A stretch of 64,000 nucleotides of DNA, taken from the NCBI GenBank assembly GCA_003155695.1, contig PMDZ01000008.1:39362-103361 (forward strand). The letters are read 5' to 3'. Positions 1 through 9,680 of the stretch are shown here, piece after piece. The translations under genes and the position numbers were made by a program. A model generated the notes under the pieces. That model did not search any database and was not told where the DNA came from. It saw only the letters and a program-made list of their open reading frames with translations. How positions within the stretch are numbered: position 1 is the stretch's first letter; each line of letters begins with the position of its first letter. Origin of the DNA: Candidatus Nomurabacteria bacterium (GTDB taxonomy: Bacteria > Patescibacteriota > Minisyncoccia > Phycocordibacterales > UBA9973).

Positions 1-690
1 AGAAAAAAAGAAAATGCCAACGATTACCGTTATTTTCCCGACCCGGATTTGCCGAAATTATTCTTGAGTAAAGTTTTTGATATTGAAAAGATAAAGAGCG
101 AACTTCCAGAGTTGCCAGAAGCCAAAAGAAATCGCTATCGAAATGATTATGGAATTAAAGATGAAGATATTGAAAGTTATATTATTGACCAGAACCTAGG
201 AAACTGGTTCGAACAAGTTGCGAATAAATTTTTTCAAGGTATTTCCTCGCGTAGTGAAGCGGAGAGAGGTGATTCCTTAGAAAAAATTCGTATTGCTTCG
301 AACTATATCACTTCCGATTATTTGGGACTATTAAAAACAAATCCTGAAATTAAATTGCCAAGTTCTAATAGTTTTATTGAACTGATAGAGTTGATAACTG
401 ATGGTAAAATTTCTTCGCGTGGTGCCAAAGATATACTAGCGATGATTGTCATGAAAGATGAATCACCGATGAAAATTGCCGAAGAAAAAGGCTTAATACA
501 GAACCATGACGAAGAAGCCCTGAAAGAAATTGTCCAGAAAGTTATTGATGCCAATCCGACTGTTGTTGCTATTTATAAAGGCGGCAAGGAAAATGCTTTA
601 ATGTCATTGGTCGGCCAAATAATGAAAGAAACAAAAGGTAGTGCCAACCCAAGTCTTGTTCAGAAAATTTTAAAAGATATATTGTCATAA
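1..690 (+). CDS. gatB: Asp/Glu-tRNA(Asn/Gln) amidotransferase subunit B, 3' portion (5' end outside window)
   Basis: Frame is open from nt 1 (..DYRYFPDPDLPKLF..). It carries the GatB/YqeY-type C-terminal tail (NWFEQV.., GKENALMSLVGQIMKETKG) and ends with TAA at 688-690. Confidence 0.8.
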   Translation, partial: RKKENANDYRYFPDPDLPKLFLSKVFDIEKIKSELPELPEAKRNRYRNDYGIKDEDIESYIIDQNLGNWFEQVANKFFQGISSRSEAERGDSLEKIRIASNYITSDYLGLLKTNPEIKLPSSNSFIELIELITDGKISSRGAKDILAMIVMKDESPMKIAEEKGLIQNHDEEALKEIVQKVIDANPTVVAIYKGGKENALMSLVGQIMKETKGSANPSLVQKILKDILS

Positions 691-692
691 TT

Positions 693-917
693 ATGGAAAA
701 AGTAAAACCAGGAAAATATAAGCACCACAAAGGTCACATTTGTAGTGTTATAGGTATTGCGAAACATAGTGAAGACCCAAAAGTGTTATTTGTAATATAC
801 AAACATCCGGATGAAAACGGTGCAGACCAAATTTGGGCAAGGCCTATTGAAATATTTTTGGAAAATGTCGAGACAAATAATTATAAGGGACCTAGATTTG
901 AATATCTGGGCGAATAA
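693..917 (+). CDS. DUF1653-family small protein
   Basis: 74 aa with the GKYKHHKG..VIG.A.HSE....LFVIY......G....WARP..F pattern typical of DUF1653. It starts 3 nt after the gatB stop. Confidence 0.55.
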   Translation: MEKVKPGKYKHHKGHICSVIGIAKHSEDPKVLFVIYKHPDENGADQIWARPIEIFLENVETNNYKGPRFEYLGE

Positions 918-936
918 ATGGTAGAATATACTCATT

Positions 937-1986
937 ATGGATACAAAAAAAATTAGGGTTGCAATTAATGGTTTCGGAAGAATTGGGCGGGCATTTTTAA
1001 AAATTTCGTGGGAAAGAGAAGATATCGAGATTGTTGCCATCAATGACCTTGGTTCTATCCAAAGTTTGGCTTATCTTCTTCGACACGATACAGTTTATAA
1101 AAACTGGAATCATCCTGTGCAAGCCGATAGCAATCCGGACGGAACAAATGCAAGTTTAATTATTGACGACAAAAAAATAGCATTTATTTCGGAGAAAGAC
1201 ACGACCAAACTTCCTTGGAAGGATTTGGATATAGATGTTGTTGTTGAATCGACCGGACTTTTCACCTCGTTTGATAAAGCAAAATTCCATATTGATTGCG
1301 GAGCCAAGAAAGTTGTCATCAGTGCACCGTCAAAAGGTGCCGACAGTACTGTTCCCGGAGAAACTATTCTTATGGGCATAAATGAAGAGAAGTTCGGCAT
1401 TTGTGATATTACTTCCAATGCTTCCTGTACGACAAATGCTGCTTCGCCACTTATTGCAATAATTCACGAATCCATTGGTATAGAAAAGGCCATATTAAAT
1501 ACAGTTCACGGCTATACGGCTTCACAAGCCCTTGTTGATGGTCCAAGCAAGAAAGACCTGCGTGAGGGTCGCGCTGCCGCTTGCAACATCGTTCCAAGCT
1601 CAACAGGAGCCGCCATTGCTGTTACTGAAGCCTTTCCGGCATTGCAAGGACTCTTTGATGGCATATCTATTCGTGTTCCAGTTCCAGCAGGTTCGATAGT
1701 AGATATTACTTTCATCGCCAAGCGTCCAACTACAAAAGAAGAAGTGAATGAAATTTTAACAAAAGCTTCTCTTGACCCTAAATGGCAGAAATTATTTACT
1801 GTCACCGAAGATAATCTTGTCTCGTCTGACATCCTCGGAGAAAGCCACGCTTGTATTGCCGACCTGGAAATGACTCGCGTTGTCGGTGGAAATCTGGTCA
1901 AAGTTCTCGGTTGGTATGATAATGAGATGGGGTATACATATACTCTCGTAGATCACGTAGTAAAAACGGGGAATACAATCAAATAA
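937..1986 (+). CDS. gap: glyceraldehyde-3-phosphate dehydrogenase
   Basis: INGFGRIGR NAD-binding motif, the SNASCTTN catalytic Cys motif and a WYDNE C-terminus. 349 aa. Confidence 0.95.
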   Translation: MDTKKIRVAINGFGRIGRAFLKISWEREDIEIVAINDLGSIQSLAYLLRHDTVYKNWNHPVQADSNPDGTNASLIIDDKKIAFISEKDTTKLPWKDLDIDVVVESTGLFTSFDKAKFHIDCGAKKVVISAPSKGADSTVPGETILMGINEEKFGICDITSNASCTTNAASPLIAIIHESIGIEKAILNTVHGYTASQALVDGPSKKDLREGRAAACNIVPSSTGAAIAVTEAFPALQGLFDGISIRVPVPAGSIVDITFIAKRPTTKEEVNEILTKASLDPKWQKLFTVTEDNLVSSDILGESHACIADLEMTRVVGGNLVKVLGWYDNEMGYTYTLVDHVVKTGNTIK

Positions 1987-2008
1987 TTATTAGTTAAAAA
2001 AGTGAAAA

Positions 2009-2050
2009 GCCCTGTACTGCATTGTGACAGGGCTTTTGTTTTGTTTTTTC
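2009..2050 (+). terminator. rho-independent terminator after gap
   Basis: GCCCTGT-N11-ACAGGGC hairpin followed by a T-run. Confidence 0.6.
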
Positions 2051-2297
2051 ATATAGACCTATATATCTATCATGAAGGAAAAATTATTTGATTCCTGAGT
2101 TAAATAAACTAAATAAACCCAGAATGCTTTGAATGCGCTTGAGTCATTCGCTACATATTAAAGAACAAATAAAACCTGTCATTGTTGGGATTTATTTATC
2201 CGGACGAGGACTCCTACACTTGTCGTTTGAGCTTCACTTCGCCTCTCAACAATCTATTAAATAGCATTATATACTATAACAATAAAATTGTCAAGTA

Positions 2298-3104
2298 TTA
2301 TTTTATTTCTCCTTTAAATACAAAAGTTGCCGGACCACGGAGAATAATTTCTCCTTCGGGATTTTCCGATAAGAATAATTTTCCGCCAGGGAATTCCAGG
2401 GTAATTTCTTTCAGATTTTTGTTTTTCTTTTTCAGGATTGCATAGACAGCGCAAGCGCCGGTGCCACAAGCAAGAGTAAGGCCACAACCACGCTCCCAGA
2501 CTTTCACTTTGCAATAATCATCTTTGACTTTTTCAACGAACTCAACGTTTATTTTATTTGGAAAGTGATAATCTTTTTCTACCTCTGGCCCAACCGAAGG
2601 TACATCATAATCATCCAAGCTATCAACCATAACTACGGCATGCGGATTACCCATAGAGACACATTCAAAAGTCAAACCTTCTATACTAAGTTCTCCGCTC
2701 GGAAAGTCAGGGTGAGTAAAGACCGGAGCTCCCATATTAACGCTATAGGTGTCATCTTTGTTTATTTTTACATTTTTTATTCCGGCCCTAGTATCGATAT
2801 TTAATTCTTTCGGATGAGATTCCTGTCTGCTGGTAGGCGATGTTGTTTGCTCAAGGTAGAATTTAGCCGTGCAACGTACACCATTTCCACACATTTCAGC
2901 ATCGGTTCCATCGGAATTATAATAATTCATAAAACAATCTCCTTTTTTTGAAGACTCAAGTAATATAATTCCATCAGCACCGATGCCAAAATGCCTATCG
3001 CAAATGGATTTTATATACTCTCCCTTGAGTTTTATATCTCCCTTTAGGTTATTTATCATTATAAAGTCATTCCCATCGCCTTCATATTTTTCGAATTTAA
3101 TCAT
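2298..3104 (-). CDS. dapF: diaminopimelate epimerase
   Basis: 268 aa starting MIKFEKYEGDGNDFIMINN, with two conserved Cys regions (CGNG.. / ACGTGACA). It converges on gap. Confidence 0.85.
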   Translation of the reverse strand: MIKFEKYEGDGNDFIMINNLKGDIKLKGEYIKSICDRHFGIGADGIILLESSKKGDCFMNYYNSDGTDAEMCGNGVRCTAKFYLEQTTSPTSRQESHPKELNIDTRAGIKNVKINKDDTYSVNMGAPVFTHPDFPSGELSIEGLTFECVSMGNPHAVVMVDSLDDYDVPSVGPEVEKDYHFPNKINVEFVEKVKDDYCKVKVWERGCGLTLACGTGACAVYAILKKKNKNLKEITLEFPGGKLFLSENPEGEIILRGPATFVFKGEIK

Positions 3105-3137
3105 GTGTTTATTATAACCTATATTATAATTATATAA

Positions 3138-3250
3138 AAATTTGAAATAATCTTCTCAAAGAGCACGGATATTTTTCTGCTGAAAAATTCCTCGTGTTCG
3201 CTCCGTCGAGCCTCACAAGTCTCTTTGATAAGGCTATTTCAAATTTTTGA
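3138..3250. repeat. copy A of a ~110-bp palindromic intergenic element (reverse orientation relative to copy B at 11310-11420)
   Basis: The 33-nt core cacggatatttttctgctgaaaaattcctcgtg is identical to the reverse complement of 11361-11393. The flanks are ~85% identical. Its outer arms aaaaatttgaaata / tatttcaaattttt pair with each other. Confidence 0.6.
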
Positions 3251-3272
3251 TTTATTGCTATAATGTAAACAT

Positions 3273-3749
3273 ATGAAAATTTATATAGGAAGTGACCATG
3301 CAGGTTATGAATTAAAACAAAAACTCAAGGTTTTTATACAAGAACTTGGATATGAAGTGGACGATAAGGGTGCTTTTGCTTTAAATAATGACGATGATTT
3401 TACCGACTTCATAAAGCCGGTGGCCAAAGCAGTGGCGAGCAATGAAGGTAGTGTGGGTGTAATCCTAGGTGGTTCGGGAGAAGGTGAAGCAATATGCGCA
3501 AATAGATTTAAAGGAATTAGAGCAGTTGTTTATTATGGCGGAAAAGAATTTCAAAAAGATATTCTTGGAAATAAAATGGGAATAGTTGAAGGCGCACGCC
3601 TACACAACAACGCAAACATTATTTCTTTGGGTGCCCGTTTCCTAACTCTTAAAAAAGCAGAACAAGCGGTTAAACTTTTCTTGCAAACACCATTTTCAAA
3701 TGATGAACGTCACATTAGAAGAATTAATAAGCTAGAACTTGAAGCCTAG
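3273..3749 (+). CDS. rpiB: ribose-5-phosphate isomerase B
   Basis: MKIYIGSDHAGYELKQKL N-terminus and the RpiB/LacAB fold signature (GGSGEGEAICANR). 158 aa. Confidence 0.85.
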   Translation: MKIYIGSDHAGYELKQKLKVFIQELGYEVDDKGAFALNNDDDFTDFIKPVAKAVASNEGSVGVILGGSGEGEAICANRFKGIRAVVYYGGKEFQKDILGNKMGIVEGARLHNNANIISLGARFLTLKKAEQAVKLFLQTPFSNDERHIRRINKLELEA

Positions 3750-3761
3750 TACCAAATTATT

Positions 3762-4448
3762 ATGACCGAAGTAACCCCGGCAGTTCTTGTCAAAGATTTT
3801 GACGAGTTAAAAGAAAAATTATCAAAATTTGTAAATATTACCAAGATGGTGCAAATTGATATTTGCGATGGAAAATTTGTGCCGTCAATCTCTTGGCCAA
3901 TGGGAAAAAATGACGGTGACAGTGTGGAGTCAATATTAAACGAGGAGGAAGGACTGCCATTTTGGGAACATTTGGATTTTGAGTTTGACCTTATGGTATT
4001 GAATGCTCACAAAAAGTTCGACTTTTTTGCACGTCTTGGCGCCAAAAAAATTATTTTTCATATTGAAGCAGAAACAGAAAAGGACTTTAAAGAATTCTTG
4101 GAATCTCTTGACCCATATTTCAAGGATAATGTCGAAATAGGACTTGCTATCAACACGACGACCGACATAAACAAACTTGAACCATTTATTAATTGCGTGG
4201 ACTTCATTCAATGTATGGGCATAGAAAAAATAGGCTTTCAGGGTGAACCATTTGATGAGAGAGTCTTAAATCAGATTAAAAATTTAAAATTAAAGTATCC
4301 GGAAATTAAAATAAATGTAGATGGCAGTGTAAATGAAAACACTGCACCATTACTCATAAAAGCTGGCGCCGACAGGCTCGTTATTGGTTCTTTATTACTT
4401 CAAAGCTATGATATAAAAGAAACAATTAAGGAGTTTGAGAGATTATAA
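3762..4448 (+). CDS. rpe: ribulose-phosphate 3-epimerase
   Basis: ICDGKFVP motif and a TIM-barrel epimerase pattern. 228 aa. Confidence 0.8.
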   Translation: MTEVTPAVLVKDFDELKEKLSKFVNITKMVQIDICDGKFVPSISWPMGKNDGDSVESILNEEEGLPFWEHLDFEFDLMVLNAHKKFDFFARLGAKKIIFHIEAETEKDFKEFLESLDPYFKDNVEIGLAINTTTDINKLEPFINCVDFIQCMGIEKIGFQGEPFDERVLNQIKNLKLKYPEIKINVDGSVNENTAPLLIKAGADRLVIGSLLLQSYDIKETIKEFERL

Positions 4449-4462
4449 AAAAAGATTATATT

Positions 4463-5320
4463 TTGGTAGAATATATATTAATGGAAACCTTAACTGATGC
4501 AAAAATTAAAGAATTGAAAGTTATAGCGAACAATATTCGCAAAAGTATTGTGGAAATGCTTTGCGAGGCTGGTTCTGGTCATACCGCAGGACCACTTGGA
4601 ATGGCGGATATTTTCACCTTACTATATTTTCATATATTAAAACATGACCCGAAAAATCCTCTCTGGGTAAATCGCGACAGATTAGTTCTCTCAAATGGTC
4701 ATATCTGCCCAGTTTTATATGCAGCAATGGCCGAATCAGGATATTTCGGAAAAGAAGAATTAAAAACTTTACGCAAATTTGGTTCGCGCCTTCAAGGTCA
4801 TCCACATCGCGAATTCATGCCTTGGGTTGAGACTTCATCCGGCCCACTTGGTTCCGGTCTTTCGCAGGCTGTTGGAATGGCCATCGTAGAAAAAATATAT
4901 GGTGGACACAGAACTATTTATGCAATTTTATCCGATGGTGAACATGACGAAGGTAATACTTGGGAAGCGATAATGCTTGCCGGCAAAGAAAAACTTTCCA
5001 ATCTTATTGTTATCGTTGATAGGAATAAAATCCAAATAGAAGGGAACACCGAGAGAGTTATGCCGCTTGGGAATTTGAAGGAAAAATATGAATCTTTCGG
5101 CTGGAATGCTGAGGATGTGGATGGACATAATTTCTTTGAGATTAACAGTGCAATATACAAAGCAAAAATTAATAAAGGAACTCCCTCTGTTATTATTGCT
5201 CACACGATACCCGGGAAAGGAGTGAAAGAATGGGAAAATGATTATCGTTGGCACGGTATTGCTCCCAATAAAGAACAGGCCCAAATGGCCTTGGAAGAAT
5301 TGGACAAAGAACTTAAATAA
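4463..5320 (+). CDS. transketolase, N-terminal (TPP-binding) subunit of a split enzyme
   Basis: GSGHTAGPLGMADIF and a GDG..EG thiamine-PP motif. It stops just before the next ORF. Confidence 0.85.
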   Translation: MVEYILMETLTDAKIKELKVIANNIRKSIVEMLCEAGSGHTAGPLGMADIFTLLYFHILKHDPKNPLWVNRDRLVLSNGHICPVLYAAMAESGYFGKEELKTLRKFGSRLQGHPHREFMPWVETSSGPLGSGLSQAVGMAIVEKIYGGHRTIYAILSDGEHDEGNTWEAIMLAGKEKLSNLIVIVDRNKIQIEGNTERVMPLGNLKEKYESFGWNAEDVDGHNFFEINSAIYKAKINKGTPSVIIAHTIPGKGVKEWENDYRWHGIAPNKEQAQMALEELDKELK

Positions 5321-5324
5321 CTAC

Positions 5325-6323
5325 ATGCTTAATCAAGATTTAAAATTAAATACAAAAGTTTTTAATGACGATGTCGAGAAAATCGCAACTCGCCAAGGAT
5401 TCGGTGAAGGTTTACTGAAAGCTGGGGAAGAAAATGAAAATATTGTCGCTTTATCCGCCGACTTGACGGAATCCACCAAAGCGAATCTCTTCGCCGACAG
5501 ATTCCCCGAAAGATTTATTCAGGTTGGAGTCGCAGAACAAAATTTAGTTAGTGTCGCAAGTGGCATGGCTTTAATGGGCAAAATTCCCTTTGCGACTTCG
5601 TATGCCATATTCAATCCAGGTCGCAACTGGGAGCAAATCAGAACTACTATTTGTTATAACAATCAACCTGTAAAAATTATCGGGTCGCATGGAGGACTTT
5701 CTGTCGGTCCTGATGGTGGGAGTCATCAGATGCTTGAGGACATAGCCCTGACTCGTGTTATTCCAAATCTAGTCGTCATCTCGCCATGTGATGCTATTGA
5801 AGCCAAGAAAGCGACAGTAGAATGTGCAAAAACCCAAGATCCGACGTATATCCGACTTGCCCGTAACAACACGCCAATAATTACGACAGACGAAACTCAA
5901 TTTGAAATTGGAAAAGCCCAAATAGTTTTTGTTCCAGAAGTTGGGCTTGCTCATGTGGGAATAATTGCTACCGGTCCAATTTTATATAAAGCATTAATCG
6001 CCGCTCATGAATTGGAAAAAATGGGGACAAAGGTCAAGGTTATGAATCTATCGACGATTAAGCCACTCGACACTGAAGCAGTTATTACTCTGGCTAAAGA
6101 GACAAAAGCCATAGTTACAGTTGAAGACCACCAAATAGCTGGTGGAATGGGAAGTGCTGTGGCAGAGTGTTTAGCTTCTAATTATATAGTTCCGATAGAA
6201 TTTGTCGGAGTAGACAACAAATTCGGCCAGTCGGGCACACCAAGCGAACTCGAAAAATATTACAAAATAGATACTCCGGATATTATCGAAAAAGCTCAAA
6301 AGGTTTTAAAAAGGAAATTTTAA
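5325..6323 (+). CDS. transketolase, C-terminal (pyrimidine-binding plus C-terminal domain) subunit
   Basis: The start is taken as the ATG 5 nt after the upstream stop. The protein is transketolase-like (FIQVGVAEQN..). The ORF-track start at 5238 overlaps the upstream gene and is unlikely. Confidence 0.8.
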   Translation: MLNQDLKLNTKVFNDDVEKIATRQGFGEGLLKAGEENENIVALSADLTESTKANLFADRFPERFIQVGVAEQNLVSVASGMALMGKIPFATSYAIFNPGRNWEQIRTTICYNNQPVKIIGSHGGLSVGPDGGSHQMLEDIALTRVIPNLVVISPCDAIEAKKATVECAKTQDPTYIRLARNNTPIITTDETQFEIGKAQIVFVPEVGLAHVGIIATGPILYKALIAAHELEKMGTKVKVMNLSTIKPLDTEAVITLAKETKAIVTVEDHQIAGGMGSAVAECLASNYIVPIEFVGVDNKFGQSGTPSELEKYYKIDTPDIIEKAQKVLKRKF

Positions 6324-7333
6324 TTTATTTTAGTCGGTTTATAATCCGCCTGCATTTTTTTGATGTATTCTTCCATTTGCACCATTGTCAAAAGTCCTTT
6401 GTGAGGGCCAACATACAATACTACTGATGCCGCATTTGCTGCTCCCCACATAAGTGCTTCGGATATATCTTTCCCTAACGTCAAAGCTGAAATAAAAGCT
6501 CCGGAGAATGCATCTCCTGCTCCGGTACTTTCAACAGTATCTTGATAATATGCCTTCATAAATAGTACTTCGGTACCATCGTAAGAATAGGAACCATTAA
6601 TACCATCCGTGATTACGACAATTTTTGGGCCGAGGTCGTGCATCATTTTTACCAATTTAGGCAAATCTCTTTCGTCTATCCCCAAAATCTTTTGTGCTTC
6701 TTCGTGATTACAAAAGAAAACATCTGTTCTTTTGTAAATATCACTAAGTGCATCTTTCCCAAGTTTAATCTGTAAAGTTCCAGGCTCAAACGCTAGCTTT
6801 ACATTTGTATGTTTTTTTAAATAATCCATTATTTCGTTATGGAAAGAAATAGAGTTTTCACCCAAAGAACTTAGATATACCCAAGTCGGAGTTACATATT
6901 CTTTTGATTCTTCTCGATTATTCCATTCATAATGATATTTTTCATGTTTAACCAAAATAGTCCGCTCTTTACCATACCAAAGCACGTAATGATAATTTGT
7001 CGGCAATCCATTCTCTCTTTTTATGAATGTTGTATCAACATTTTCCTTTTTTAGTACATCGAGACATGTGATTCCATTTTGGTCATCCCCGATATTTGTC
7101 ATTAAGGCAGATTTAAGTCCAAGACGGCTGGTAGCTACTGCTATATTTGAACTATTGCCGACCGCATAACAAATTTCCGACGATTCGTAAGGAATTTTTC
7201 CTCCATAATTAACACACAATTTACAATGCTCTCCTTCAAGGTCACACATTGCTTCGGCTTCCACAATTTTAATAAATACATCTATGGCAATGTCGCCAAC
7301 GGCTAAAATATTAATTTGTTTATTTGTATCCAT
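6320..7333 (-). CDS. PfkB/ribokinase-family carbohydrate kinase
   Basis: C-terminal TGAGDAFSGAFI anion-hole motif and an N-terminal GDIAID. A Cys-rich insertion (CDLEGEHCKLC..C) is present. Confidence 0.7.
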   Translation of the reverse strand: MDTNKQINILAVGDIAIDVFIKIVEAEAMCDLEGEHCKLCVNYGGKIPYESSEICYAVGNSSNIAVATSRLGLKSALMTNIGDDQNGITCLDVLKKENVDTTFIKRENGLPTNYHYVLWYGKERTILVKHEKYHYEWNNREESKEYVTPTWVYLSSLGENSISFHNEIMDYLKKHTNVKLAFEPGTLQIKLGKDALSDIYKRTDVFFCNHEEAQKILGIDERDLPKLVKMMHDLGPKIVVITDGINGSYSYDGTEVLFMKAYYQDTVESTGAGDAFSGAFISALTLGKDISEALMWGAANAASVVLYVGPHKGLLTMVQMEEYIKKMQADYKPTKIN

Positions 7334-7369
7334 ATATCTATTATATCATAATATGTTATAATTATTAAT

Positions 7370-8239
7370 ATGAAAACTTTAAGAGAATATATTAGTGAAG
7401 CAGAAGTAAAAAAAGTAGCCATAGGGCATTTTAATGTCTCAAATATCGAGGCTTTGCATGGTATTTACAATGCAGCGAAAAAGTTAAATGTCCCGGTTAT
7501 TATCGGAGTCTCGGAAGGCGAGGAAGACTTTATCGGCAGAGACGAAGTTGCGGTTTTAGTTAAAATGATTAGAGAAAGAGATAATTATCCAATTTTTCTG
7601 AATGCCGACCATCATTACACCTTTGAATCCGTTAAATCGGCGCTTGATACCGGATATGATGCGGCAATTATCGATGCGGTAAAACTACCACTTGCCGAAA
7701 ATATTATTTTGACAAAAAAGTGTGTGGATTATGCGAAAATTTTAAGTCAAAAAGAGGGAAGAGATATTTTAGTAGAGGCTGAGCTTGGATTTATCGGACA
7801 ATCATCAAAACTTCTTGATTCTGTTCCTGAAGGTGTATCCGAAGCGACAATGACAAAGCCCGAAGATGCAAAGACATTTGTTGAACAAACAGGAATAAAT
7901 TTACTTGCACCATCGGTTGGTAATGTACATGGTGTGGTCAAAGGAGGAAATCCAAGGTTGGATATAGAAAGAATTAAAGAAATAAAAAATGTGTGCGGTG
8001 TACCGCTGGTGCTCCATGGAGGTTCAGGAATTGCCGATGTTGATTTTACCAACGCGATTAAAGCCGGTATTTCCATCATTCACATCAATACCGAAATTCG
8101 TGTCGCCTATAAAGAAGCATTGGAAAAATATCTGAAAGAAAATCCGAACGAAATTGCTCCATATAAGTTTTTGAAACCTGCTGTAGATGCAATAGAACAA
8201 GTTGTCTATAATCGTTTAAAACTTTTCAATAATTTATAA
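7370..8239 (+). CDS. fba: class II fructose-bisphosphate aldolase
   Basis: IGHFNVSN, LHGGSG, and HINTE family motifs. 289 aa. Confidence 0.85.
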   Translation: MKTLREYISEAEVKKVAIGHFNVSNIEALHGIYNAAKKLNVPVIIGVSEGEEDFIGRDEVAVLVKMIRERDNYPIFLNADHHYTFESVKSALDTGYDAAIIDAVKLPLAENIILTKKCVDYAKILSQKEGRDILVEAELGFIGQSSKLLDSVPEGVSEATMTKPEDAKTFVEQTGINLLAPSVGNVHGVVKGGNPRLDIERIKEIKNVCGVPLVLHGGSGIADVDFTNAIKAGISIIHINTEIRVAYKEALEKYLKENPNEIAPYKFLKPAVDAIEQVVYNRLKLFNNL

Positions 8240-8297
8240 AAAAACAGCCCGGTCAAAATTTGATCGAGCTGCAAATATTTGCAAATTGGTAGTTTGA

Positions 8298-8717
8298 TTA
8301 GATTGATGGTTCGTTCATTCTTATCTGGTAAATTTTATTTTGCCATTTGGAAATTTGCCTGTCTAATCTTAAAACTTTCCAAATCCAATCCACTACTTTT
8401 CGACGCCTTTCATTTCTCTTTTCGGCTTTTTCTAATTTTGAAATCACGTTTTCTTTTGTGAATTCCCAAATACTATTTTTTATTTCCATAATCTTTGACT
8501 TATAACGCAAAGAAAAATAGAAAATAAAAGAAACTACAGTAAGTGTGACAAAAGAAATAGCAATTAGCGTTATGTTTTTTGATTTCGACATTGCCACACT
8601 CAAAAAAGTTATCAATGCGCCAAGTACAATTGACCAAAAGCTACACCATGCATACTCTCTGAAAATGAGTGTCCTGCGAGAATTTGAAATTAATTGAAGT
8701 TCTTTCTGATTCTTCAT
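8298..8717 (-). CDS. hypothetical membrane protein (2 predicted TM helices)
   Basis: 139 aa ORF with two long hydrophobic segments. No recognisable family. Confidence 0.4.
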   Translation of the reverse strand: MKNQKELQLISNSRRTLIFREYAWCSFWSIVLGALITFLSVAMSKSKNITLIAISFVTLTVVSFIFYFSLRYKSKIMEIKNSIWEFTKENVISKLEKAEKRNERRRKVVDWIWKVLRLDRQISKWQNKIYQIRMNEPSI

Positions 8718-8879
8718 CTTGTTAATTTTTAGAGTTATTACTTATGAATACTATAATTTACCAATTTATCGCAACAATAGCACAAAATAGCTCTTTTGTA
8801 TAGCTCAATAATTTTTTAATACATCAGATATGCAATTGTACGCTTGCAAACAGCAGATTATAATGTTATTATCGCACCT

Positions 8880-9617
8880 ATGAATATATTAACCGCTACA
8901 AAGCGAAGTAAGAACGACAATCTTGGCGTTATACGAAATAACGGTATGATTCCCGGAGTCGTCTATGGCGTTCGTGTGGAAAACACTATGGTTTCCGTCT
9001 CGAGCATCGACTTCGAAAAAATATTAAAAATCGCCGGTGAATCGAGCACAATAGTTTTGGAAATAAAAGAGGAAGCAACAAAAGATAAGACCAAGGACCT
9101 GTCCACGAAGGCGGAAACATCTCAAAAAGTAGATGTTCTCATTCATGATATCCAAGTAGACCCAGTTAAGGGAAATTCTCGCCATATAGATTTTCTTGCT
9201 ATTGATATGAACAAAGCAATTATCGTTAAAGTTCCTATTGAATTTATCGGATTGGCTCCGGCCGAGAAAGATGGCCTTGGTGTTTTGGTAAAAGTTCTCC
9301 ATGAATTGGAAATTGAAGCTTTGCCAAAAGATTTACCTCACAATGTAACTGTTGATGTCTCTGTTCTTCTTGCTCTTTCCGACCAAATTCACGTTAAAGA
9401 TATAGTTGTTTCAAAGACAGTGACTGTAAAAACACACGCGGATGAAGTGGTTGCCCTTATTGGAGCAATTAAAGAAGAGCCGGTAGAAGAAGTTCCTGTA
9501 GACTTGTCGGCAATTGAAGTTGAAAAGAAAGGTAAACAGGAAGAAGAAGGCGCTGAGCCAACAGCCGAAACACCTGAGAGGACAGAGAAAACTGAAAAAG
9601 TAGAAAAAACTAAATAA
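8880..9617 (+). CDS. rplY: ribosomal protein L25/general stress protein Ctc with an acidic K/E-rich C-terminal extension
   Basis: MNILTATKRSKNDNLGVIRNNGMIPGVVYG matches the L25 N-terminus. The ATG at 8880 is preferred over the TTG at 8844 used by the ORF track. Confidence 0.75.
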   Translation: MNILTATKRSKNDNLGVIRNNGMIPGVVYGVRVENTMVSVSSIDFEKILKIAGESSTIVLEIKEEATKDKTKDLSTKAETSQKVDVLIHDIQVDPVKGNSRHIDFLAIDMNKAIIVKVPIEFIGLAPAEKDGLGVLVKVLHELEIEALPKDLPHNVTVDVSVLLALSDQIHVKDIVVSKTVTVKTHADEVVALIGAIKEEPVEEVPVDLSAIEVEKKGKQEEEGAEPTAETPERTEKTEKVEKTK

Positions 9618-9632
9618 TTAAATATTTATAAA

Positions 9633-9668
9633 AACCTTCTTTAATTTATTTAAAGAGGGTTTTTATGA
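9633..9668 (+). terminator. terminator after rplY
   Basis: AACCTTCTTTAA..TTAAAGAGGGTT hairpin followed by T-run. Confidence 0.5.
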
Positions 9669-9680
9669 TACAATATATAA

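Noticed and set aside
2182-2445. 87-aa ORF in the gap/dapF convergent spacer overlapping the dapF 3' end
   Set aside because: It overlaps dapF on the opposite strand, has low-complexity translation (FFFF), and no start context.
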